DNA of 64,000 nt from Phoronis australis (Eukaryota > Animalia > Phoronida): positions 501,582 through 565,581 of the forward strand of contig NMRA01000273.1 of assembly GCA_002633005.1 (NCBI GenBank), read 5' to 3'. This document shows, piece after piece, positions 24,501 through 36,500 of the stretch (its first letter is position 1; the number at the start of each line of letters is the position of its first letter). The notes beneath the pieces are model-generated. The model had not been told where the DNA came from. It did no database searches and saw only the letters and a program-made list of their open reading frames with translations. The position numbers were made by a program, and so were the translations under genes.

Positions 24501-27500
24501 CAGGTTTATTTTTGTCAAACTAAAGTTTCCAGTCCCTAAGCCATGTTTCAAGTAAACTCACCGGCCACAGTGAAGTCCAGAGTACAGTTCTGAGTCGCCC
24601 ATTCAGTATCCTTCAGAGTGCTTGACTGGAACACCTGTTTACATGAGCTGCCTGACCCTGTGGTTAGTCATAGATTATCAATGTATGTACAATATTTACT
24701 TACTGAACAATACTTCACACAACCAAACATTTTATATCACAAATCTACATATGTTCTCACGGCATGCAGGCATCTGATGAAGGTGCCTTCATGGTAATAT
24801 ATGTAAAAATAAATTTTTATCCACAGAATAAAATTGGTCTGTCTTTAAGGACACAACTAATTTCATCCATTAAACATTCTAATTATGTGCAAGTTTCAGG
24901 TCTTAGCACTAAAAAGAGACTTAACAGTATAATCAACCAGCATTGCATTATGCCAGGGCTGTGTTCTGTAGACCCAACCCATTAGCACTAATGCAACGGA
25001 AACATAATTTATGAATCCCATGCCATAATTCAACATTTCAACCTCACTGACCAATCACGTCACAGGCACCACTTTCTTATGTTAAGCTAGGAAGGTTAGT
25101 AAGTTAATTTCTTTATTGTCAGTTTTCAGGGTTAACATAAAACATTAGACCGTGGCTATTATCACTGACAAATAAAATTTAAAAATAATTGATCTCGAGC
25201 AAACTCGCCAAACACTTGCCTTTCACTAGCATCATTTTGCCTGTTCTTGTGTGATCTCATTTTGCTTGCAAGAAACTTGGAATATGGAATGCTACCCTCT
25301 CTAATAATGTCCACTTTCTTACAATGTTACAGTCCCCAAGTCCCACACCATTTGTACTATACCTCAAGTAGGTTTGGTTACAGTGAACTTTGGTCCATCA
25401 AACCTGCGTTCATATTACACTGCAATATGTACTTTTAGCATTACACCCATTGTTCCACAACTTATTATGAGTTCTGTAAACAGAACAGCCCACATGTCAA
25501 CTTGGTATACTTACAGTAAAGGATTTCATAATCCCCTGAATTTGTTCTGAGATGTTGGCTGTCAGCAGACCAATCTAAATGTGTGACATAGCTTGAGTGA
25601 CCCTGTGAACAAAATTCAGATTTATAAGATAACTAGGTAACGGTATGGAATAGACCATTTAATTGTTTTTAAAATTTCAATACGAATAACATGCACAGGA
25701 TTCATGAACTTAGGGCCATCAGACATGAAAATTACTGGGGATCCCACAATAATTTGATAGGCAACAATTTTCCAACAAAGATGCCTAGGAAAATGTTGAC
25801 AAGCAGGGGAAATGTAAAAAAGAAAAATATGGCCAAATTAAGTGACCACTCTGCTGGTTCTGACCTTGTGCACCACTCTAGTCATTCAATAATTGTGGTC
25901 TGAGGAGACTCATCAAGTACAAGAAATCATCAGTGGTTCACAATACATAACAAACAGTAACACATTTCAACTGAAATATCCACATGATACATTATGTATG
26001 GACATATCTGTGAATCAGGGATGAACTTGGCTCAACGAGTTCACCAATGCCTCTTAATGTTGACTAGCGCTTTTTTTAAAATTGTGACGTACCACGCATT
26101 TGCCAACTTTCTGGTACTTCCTTCCATCTTCACTGACTTTGTACACGTAAATACCATTGTCCCGAGAGCCAACAGCCAAACGTTCCCCATCTGAAATATT
26201 CAAACCAAAACACTGTGACAACAATACACAACAATACTTCAGTGAATAGACCATAGGTGTCTTTGTCTAGTTATGTTGGTGTTTAGGATGAACTGCACTC
26301 AGTGAAAATATAACTGAAATTCCAGGCAGGGCATGTTTAAAGAACTAAGACTGAATATTCATAATATGGTAAAAGATGTATCACATGGATTGTCAATTTC
26401 CAAAACCCACTATTACAGTTATCAAATTAGAGAAGGCAGTGTGGCCTAGCGTGATAGGTGCCCTCCTTTACTCGAGGTTGTGGGTTCGAGTCCCACTGGG
26501 CCACACTGCAACACCCCTGAGTCAGGTTTCTAGCTCCTCATCTCGGTTTAAACTATTTATTAACAAAGCACAAAAATAATTCCTGGTGATCAGTGCAAAG
26601 GGCCCACATGCGCGGCCTGCGCACGTCTGGTACAACGTGTCCCAGACCAAATTAAAAAATTTACACTAAACGTAATCAGTAAAGCTACAATGATACCAAT
26701 TATTATACGATTTGGACAGAATATGAAGTAATAAACTCATTTTACAAAGCCAATAATTTCTCCATATTGATCACCATACCTTCATATTGACCTCTGCTAC
26801 GATAATGTAATTTGAATTTTTGAATTTTTAGGAAATAATCTCAAACTAAATTCAATCCCATGATCTTCATGTTCACAAGCCACTACTTTACCACACCAGT
26901 ATGTTAACAAACTCTATAATCCTTTTTATGTCATCCAGAGTCTGACACCGCATTTGTTTTTAAACAGCCATGAAATATCCACCACCAGGTGAATACAAAC
27001 CTCCATCGAGGCAAAGCAGGCCCCGCATGCATTTCAGAGTCCCTGACCAGCAATACAAGTGAATTGTACAGGCTTTAGCACATGCACTATTGAGCGTACT
27101 GACATAAAGCGTGCAATCGCATTGATATAACCAAATGACATTCGTCAATTGTTTTACAATACAAGTAACTGTTGTATGATCACAAAACACGATATCGTTC
27201 CCAAAATATAATCAATCGATTGTTCCTTTACCCTTTCCGAGGATCTTCTGGAAATGTTTTCAAAATCTCTCAATATTTTGAGCAAAAAATTGGTAACTAA
27301 CAAACCAAACGAGTGATTCCACATATGATTGAAAGCCCAAACATGAATTAAGTAGTGGAAGTAATCAATATTAACTTTCATGCTAAGTCAATATGAGAGC
27401 CCAAAAGTGTTATGATGACCTTTGCACTACTTCGGTCATCATCACACTTTTGGGTCTGAAAACCAACATACTGACCTCGGTGAAAGTTAATAATTGTATA

Positions 27501-30500
27501 GTAATTATAAGACAATAACACATAAAGACATCTTCAACCTCAATCCAACATAACTGTTTCTTACCTCAAAGGTCTGCCACACTTCAACACACCAACAACT
27601 TCAGCTACATCACAATAGTCCCTTCTCACACTACACTGATTCAAGACTTAAGTTCAGAGACAAGATGCATTATTCTTATCAATGCTGACAGTGAGTCAGT
27701 CAGAAAAGGATTTGAAGGTAGATCCAGAACCAACCACTGACCCTAATACCCTGGTTTCCAAACTCGGCCATTTTGTGGTGATTTTCTACCCAGCTCACCT
27801 GGGGAGAACTCAATACACTCTAGTTGCTCTATACCATCGTGGTGAGTTGAGATTGTGTCCCTTGTTGATGAATCTATAGCATGCCATCTCCCGCTCTGTG
27901 TACCAATGACAATCACACTGGCATTCGGATGGAATGAGGCACAGTGCGCCCCCTCCTGTCAAAGAAGGACAATAAAAAACCATAAGGAAGCTGAACCCAC
28001 ATTGGGAATATGTCAACTAAGTTGCTATCAGGGATTTTGTTTATTTCATCAAACTGCCAGCAATCTCTGTTTCTCAATCGTATGGTCTGATGTTCAGTAA
28101 TCCAGCCCAGCTTGCTAACAGCACGTCTGGCAACACAATACAAGACCAATTTATTACTCTCCCATACCCCCATTTAGGCTGATATGAATTCTTATCAGAC
28201 TGATAATAGATGATCATCGTTCACAGCATCATTCATGGAAAACCGTTGATCATTTATCATTGCTTGATCATTTATCATTGCTTGATCATTTATCATTGCT
28301 TGATCATTTATCATTGCTCAGTGATAAGAAATTACACCAATTATCATGACTGATGATGAACCTTGGATGACAAAATATATAAACCATTGATATTAATTAT
28401 TATCAGTCACAATATCATATTATATCCTACACATCAAGATCTTTGATTGTAAATTATGATCAACCTAAATTGCCAGTGTAAACATTGCTGGTTTACTGCT
28501 ATGCAAAGATGTATCAGAGCTCATGTACACACAATTATTTCTGTTTGATTGATATTCATGACTAACACCCCTCAGGAGAAATAGGACCCATTCCAAGAAA
28601 ACTGACTTAGCTAAGACAAATCTTAAATTTTTGTCAATTTTAAAATAAAACTACAGTATGTTCTAAGTCCATTTCAAGAAAGTGACCTTAATATGTTTGA
28701 AAGTTTTTTTCTTAAGTTTGACTAACTTACCAGATGTGGAAGTTTTTCACGTTTGGAAGTTGAGACAAATCTTAGACTTAAGTAAAAATGAACTTAAGTC
28801 AGTTTCTTGAAATGGGCCCATGATCTCCAAATTACAGAAGATAGAGCTCAGGTCAGGGGTCAAATGGTAAAGGTCAGGTCACTTACATAATTATCAGACT
28901 TGTTTAAAAACAGTTTCATTTAAAATACTTTAAAAATTACTTCTTTAAAGGCAGTTTCATTAGTTAAGTGGTACAATAAAAGTCAAACAAGGCCTTAAAA
29001 TAGCTGACTTTTAAATGCCTACTGCAGTTACAGAATGACAGACTTACGTTGACCTCGTTGAACCAAACAGCTGAGTGAGTGAGTGTGTCCCACAAGAAGA
29101 CGTGCTTATCATAGCTGCATGTTATGAACTGGTGCTGGGAGGGGTGCGCAGCGATGCCCCATACTTCATCAGTGTGACCCTGTCAATACAAACACTAAAT
29201 ATAGACACGCTCATCATAGCTATCAATAATGAACTGGTAGTGCGAGAGGTGAGCAGTAATGTGCTACATTTGACTGGTGTGGCCTAATCTAAATCAACAC
29301 AGGAATATACTCAAGGCTGGCAATGAACAGCGGTCATCATAATCATCTAAGGCACTGTCAGAATAGTTAATGTACAGAAACTTATCACGTTAACTTATTG
29401 AAATCAATAGTAACATTTGCAACAATTGTTTTAGATTTTTAAGTCTGAGACTAGGTTTAAAAACGAAGGTACTTAACACGAAACAAAGGAATCGTGTACT
29501 TATTGAAAAACTGCTTAAAAAGCCCTTCTGAGACTATCACTAAAACCCATTACAGAAAACACACGAGCTCATCTTACTAATAACTTAGTGTATTGTCACA
29601 GATTACGAATAACAGTTACGTTGGACCTTATCGACTTGTCGGTGTAAATAGCCGAACATCTATAAAATTAAAGATTTCAACTTGGTAAGAGTATGTATTT
29701 TTTAAAAAAGAAAGCCTGGAGAATTTGATTCTTAAGTTTTATACCAATCTTCAATTAATTGGGTTACGAGACCACATCTTTTTAGTAAAAATTAGCAAAA
29801 AAGAACGGTATATCCACAGCAAAACAATGGTATCAATAAAATGACCAAATTTCGTTCGACATAAGTGTACAAGATGAAATCTCAAAAAACAGTGATACAG
29901 GTTACTAAATAATCATTTCATTTTTGCCTCAAAATTTTTTGAGTTTTTTCAGGGAAATAACAAAAGTCTTGTTTTTTAATAGTTTCTAATGCAAAAAGTG
30001 GAAAATAAAAAGCACGGTATCTGAAAGTTTCACGAGAATCCGATCAGCCATTTCTGAGATATGATGTTCCGACGTTTACGAAATTTAGGCATTTTTCGAG
30101 GGTCCAACATAATCTTAAATGACCAGCAAACTACACAGATTAAGTAACACATCATGTTACCTGGACAATAGCCGAGAACTTGAAATCCAGAGTTCCAGAC
30201 AGGATGCAATTCCGTGTGGTTCCCACAACAATCATGTTCCCTTTGCCCTGACATAGGGTCCTAACAGGTCCATAAGCATCAGGCAGCTAGAAATGAAAAA
30301 CTCACTTAATTCCCATGTCCTGAAACCACCTCTCCTGTTTTATGAAGGCATCGCAGGACTGACGTAGTTTCCAAAAGGTACGGCGGCTAACACATTTCGG
30401 AGCTGAGTCGGACGAGGAAACAACAATGAACCATGTCCCAGTTTTACAATTGAAAGAGTTTGTGTCTGCTTTACAACTCATTATGCAGCAGCAGAGCGTC

Positions 30501-33500
30501 ACAAGGCGAGCTAACACTAATGTAAAATTATAATGATTAGCATGTAGAATGAACTGTGGGGCAAGTGTCCATAGAGGGCGCTGAGGTATGCCTTGCAACA
30601 GCTATTAGAGAAATGCCAAAAAATAGACTTGGAAAATGAAAATCAAGTTTGTGTACATTGCACTCTGTCAAAAGTATAACACAAGTTATAACTCTTCATG
30701 ATGTTAATAAAACAAGCAATCCATATACTTAATGCTTAGACCATAAAAAGGATGATGACCTCTATTAACAAATTGGTTTGAAAATTGTCCTTGGTATAGC
30801 TGTGATTGTTTTCAACCAATAACAAGAATAGGAAAATCATCCGAGATTGACTTAAGTAAGTTGGAAGGGCTGCCCATTTTTACAATGTCAAAACAGATGT
30901 TTTTTTGACAATGTTTTACTTGTCAATAGTGAGTAATCTTTTCGAGGATGAAAATGTTGGGTGGCTGAGTTATCAGACTTAAAATCTGCGTAATCTGGAG
31001 TGGTAAATTAGTAGATACATGTCAAGCACTTCAAAGTTGCAGCCAGTGCCTTGACCGTGTTCTTACGTGTATTTAATTCAGAAAAGTTGGCACTAAAACT
31101 GAACACGAGGCCTTCATTGCCCTGGTCATACTAACAGGAAACACTTTGATGAGTGTGCTTTGTGCTCACCATTGTACTTGTGGAATATACCAAGTACAAA
31201 CCTCTGCCTCTAATCCTGTCCTTTCTAATGAAGATGTCCACTGAACGATCCTGCGGTCTTTACCACCTCCAGAGACTATAGTTCCATCTTTCAGCATACA
31301 CAAGGCGAATATCCCACCTTCATGGGCTCCATACACATGCTGAGTGATTCTGTTACCTCCTGGAGAAAGAATTGAGAGCTCAGTGTTTCCATATTACCAT
31401 GAAGTTTCTTTTAATCAGTGAAGTCCAGCATATTAACAATGAGTAGAACGATATCAAACCATATAAAAATTCTTAAATAATGCTGTTGACACCATGTAAC
31501 AATTAATATTGAAAACTAACGAGGCAGTCTTGAGTAATCTGGGTCCATGGGCAAGAGACGGTATGTCGCCACTGTTGAAGGACACTCACATACAGTTAAG
31601 CAACTTCTCTACAGGAATATATTAACACTGGAGTGCCCAGACAGTATGTCACCAATGTTCAAGGACGCGCACAAACACGTGAACAACTTACCTCTTCCCC
31701 ACAGGAATATGTTGCCATTGGAGTCCCCAGACAGCACGTCGCCATTGTCTGTGAAAGCCACGCACAACACATACTTGGGCTTCTCGTGTTTCTAGAAGAC
31801 ACAGAAGCAGGAGAGGATGAAGAATGTATTCAGAGGAAATTCTCAATCAGAACCACCTGTTAGAACTTTTGTTGTAGTGTGTTAACACTCGCAGCAGTTG
31901 TTTCAAAATATTGGAAAATGGAAGACATTTGGCAAACAACACACCTTTAATTCCTAAAATTCACCATTCAGGCAAGTCAAACCAATAACAACACAGATGA
32001 TAAAACCTTATAAGGATGATGCGACTAATCAGACAAATACAGACTAGACTGGACAGCGGAATTGTCAGAAAATTACAAAACTTCTTGTCCTACCTCATAG
32101 ATTCCTTGCTTCTTAGTGAGACAGCCGTTCTCAATTGTCCAGAATGTCATCTGGTTTTTGCCCGTAAGTATGATCTCATTTCTTTCAAGAGGATGAAAGT
32201 CAGCGACAAGAATTGTATCAGTTGAGCTCTTAAAAAAGAAAGACATAAGTTCAAATGATTAAACTGTTAAGTTTTATTCACCTTGAACACACAGAGACTC
32301 CTTATGTTCTGCGCTTAAATTTCAGTCAACTTCAAACCTCCAACATTTGCTCAAATGCCCATAACCTTCCACCTTTGCCTCGTTGACACTCAGATTTGCA
32401 CCTAAGATCTGCCAACAAAAAATCCCATTTCTATATTTCTCATAGTTTGAACCTTCTCACGGCTCATACTCCCTAGTCCATCCACAGTAAGTGCTGTGCA
32501 TCTTTGTTCAAGAAAACTTCAAGACTAGGCCTCCTACATCCTTTGACTACATAAACAGCCATAAATTGCTCTAACTGTGCGTCTTGTATGACGGATATCA
32601 TGCCTTCTGTAACAGTTTTGTTGCATCAACTTCGAAGGCTATAAGCCCTTTTGTTATACTGTACAAGTTATAGTTTCAGTCAACTTCAAATTCCACATAC
32701 AGACAGTCATACACTCCTCCTGTACCTTAGTTTCTATCACCTTAAAACCTGCCCCCCCCCTTAGTCCAGCCCACAGCCCACACAGATAGTCATGTATTCC
32801 TCTCCCACATTCCTCCTGTACCTTAGTTTCTGCCTCCTTGAACCCCCCCCCTTCCCCTTTAGCCCAGCCCACACAGACAGTCATATATTCCTCTCCCACA
32901 TTCCTCCTGTACCTTAGTTTCTGCCATCTTGGAGCCCCCGTCACCCTTTGCCCAGTCCCACACAGACAGCACGTGTTCGTTACTCTCATCAACTGCACAC
33001 AGAAACTGGCCACCATCCTGAAAGTAAAATAAGTTAATTACCAATGATATTAATATCTATTAGCCATCTCCACAGACTTAAAAACCAAATGAGGTTTTAC
33101 ACAGTAATGTTGAAATCTTCAATGATGTCAAGCAACAACCATTACTCAATACCACAAAAGCCATGTCAAAATCTCATCAAATTTTAATGCCAATTAATTG
33201 ACAACTCGCAGAGAATGCATAATGATCTCACTAACTCATCCGATCAACATGGACAACTTGTTTCCAACTTAAATGTGACAAGTAGGTGAGATGACTTATT
33301 GATCCACACTCTAATGTTGGCAACCAACTGGAGTAAATCCAAGAGTTTTAGCGCACCTTATAACACACTCATTTCATTTACATTATGTTGTATAGGTAAT
33401 ACAGTATCACTAAAAACAAAACTCAGATACAATAAATAAGCTAACAATGGCTGTACTGACAAAAACTAAAATCAAGCAGATAAAAAAAACATGTATTTAT

Positions 33501-36500
33501 AGAGTTCCTAGTCAAGACATAAACAATTGAACAACAGAGGGCAGTACAATTAGTAGTTTTCTTTAAGTATGTATCAGCGTCAACAGACACACATGAACAT
33601 TCTTTAGTTATTAAGTAAATAGCAATATACATGTAATTCCACGAAAGTTGCACTCTTTGCTGACTAGGTTTACTTACCAGTTTTGAGAATCCAACACAGG
33701 CTACGGCTCTTTCAAAGTCACCAAGGCCAATAACATGCAGAGTGTTGAGGCTAATGGAGTCCCATACACGCACGTGAGGCTGGAAGAAAGAACAGTAGAC
33801 AGTGCATTAGTTTGATCAAGGGAAGGATAGAAAGGTTGTACTAGTGAAAAACAAGATGTCGATTGTAGAGGAATGGCATATTTTCATTACATGTCAAAAA
33901 TGCAGGTTGGATTTCTCTTGAAGTTGTGTTGCTGAATATCAAGTGCCACGACAATAGTACTTCAAAGTATTGGATTTATTAAGTCACTTTATCAAAGAAA
34001 GATGTTCATTGAAAACAAACCTTCACTTGACAGTATCTAGGAGTTGCAGATCAGAAGTGAGAATAGAACGAGAACACATAAGTCGACATATTTCAATAAA
34101 TCTGTATTACCTTCCCAGCCTTTTTCTCATGTCCAGCAACTTGTCCTGATGCAATAGTAATCTTATCAGGATGAACAGCCAAACTGAAAAAAAATCAAAC
34201 GAGTCAATTCATTCAGTACAGATTGACAGTGCAGATTATTTTACAGCATAACTTCCATCAGACAATGTTTTGAGAAACTGTCGGCATTCAAAGCAATGTT
34301 AGAGAAACTTTTGAAAAAAGGAAAAACCTCAAATTTGGCAATTATTCTGGTTCAAAATTGGTGAAATATTACTATTACTCACCATTTCAAATAACCGTTG
34401 TGTTCCATACAATTACACAGGGTGTGCTCGAGGTTTACTCACCATTTAACATCATCATTGTGTCCTGTATAATGACGCTGGGTGTGTTCGTCAACGCTGT
34501 ACAGCACGACGACAGACGCGATGAAGTAGATGACCTCACCAGTGGGCAATAGATACAGGTTATGACGGCAGTCTCGACCACGATATCCATAGCTGGTGTA
34601 GAGTTAACGGTAAAATGCACTTGACACTATGTGCATGAACACATCATTGCACATTGACACTATGTGTATGAACACATCAATCTCACACTTTTGCTAACAA
34701 TTTCTTGTTCATACATGAACATTGGATTTTATTTCTTTCTTCGGACTGCATGGAAAAATACGCAATTTAAACATTCTTAACAGAAATTACACAGTGCAGG
34801 TTTCCAGAGAAGAATTTGGGCTGACATTCAAAGATGTAAGAAGCTAAGATCAGACACATTCCTTGCTTTTAATACATGGTGATATCACATGAAGTTTTGT
34901 GTGATGTTGAATTTTCATGAGGTTCTCGTGTCAATGAAACACGTTCCTGGTATTAGCTGATACCAGTAGTATTGCTGAGTGCTGTTCAACAAATAGCACA
35001 AATTTATGAAAGGTTCTTGAGTGTGACTGTTGTGGGTGTTTAAAAACAAGGTTTTGAACGAATCAACAATAAATTACTAGTCAACATTTTTTTTTGTGAA
35101 ATGGCAAAGGGAATAACTCGATTGAGAAGGTAAAAGGTATAACTCAGACTTGTTGAGAAAGGACACATTATGGCAATAGGATATAGGTTTCTCAACTTTC
35201 ACAAATTTTCATTAGAAACACAGTCTCCTTTTCCACTGAAGTATCTTGTACTTACTCAATAGACACCTACTAGTACATGGATTGCTGTCCCTAACCCAGA
35301 GCATGATCATGACCTAAATTCCTTTTGCACAAAGCAAAGGAATTATCACATCAGCCATGACTTGAAGAGTATGTAACTCTTTGAAGTTTGGTCCACAAGG
35401 GGCCTGTGTAGCACTGTGGGTGATGCTGCACAATAGAGAGAGCTTAACAATATCTAAACCAGACTGATATCGGCATTTTTGAAAAACCACTCTTGTTTGT
35501 AAAATTAAATTCATACGAGACTATATCACAAATTTTTCGATAAAAAATTTCAAAGGCCAGTTTACCGTTAGTCGGTGTTAGGAATGTTGGCAATTCAATA
35601 GTCTCAAGTTGTGTTCAGAAGGAGATAAACAATTAGGAAAACACACATTACTAATTTCAACTACAGCTACAACATAGATACTACATCTTCACAGACTACT
35701 ACATGGGATTGGACACCAGCACGCATGAACGCACACACAGCATATGAAGGATACACCCATTCTAACTGCAGCTTCTCCGCTGGTAACTCATCCTTTTTGT
35801 TCACGTCATAGTCCTCAGCATACTTAGAGGGTGCCACAAGGTGCAGAGGTCGGCCCTTCATGTACATCTTTAAGGCGGCTTCAGCTGGATGAAACATATT
35901 GCACTATTTACAAGCAGTTGTCACGAGTGAATTTTTAACTGAAGTAGGTTTGCAAAATTCCACATCAGGACTGCGACATGCATAGCTTGGTAAAGTTGAT
36001 AAACAGATTTGATCGGTCAAAAATGACACATTGAATGCATTCATTCAAGTTCCAGAATGTAAAAAAGGTTGACCAGATGTCCCTGAGTACACACTGCTCC
36101 AGCCCAAATCCATGTGAAAACTACATGAGTGCACTCAAAGCAAGGAACACAATTTTAGTTTAACGTGATCAAAACTTCACTAAACAATTCATCCTATATG
36201 AGCAATGGCAAAGAAATCAATAAAACTCTGATATTCGAGAAGTTACAATATCAATTTCATCCAAGTGCTACAGTCAAAATAAAAAACTTTCACAATGTCA
36301 ACGTAGTGAATGTACCAAAGTTTCAATTACTCACCCATTGTCTTGAGAGACAACTACTGCTTACTGTGTGAATGCTTAAAGTGTGACAGACCCAATGAAC
36401 ACACAAGACTCACACAGAGAGCCTACACACCCACTGTAAACCTACTCTACACTCAAGGGCACTCCTCAGAGATAAACTGGTGAGCCTGATTCTTTCATAA

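Noticed and set aside
26435-26515. tRNA gene
   Set aside because: A/B boxes are present but there is no proper cloverleaf or anticodon arm; treated as a SINE head.
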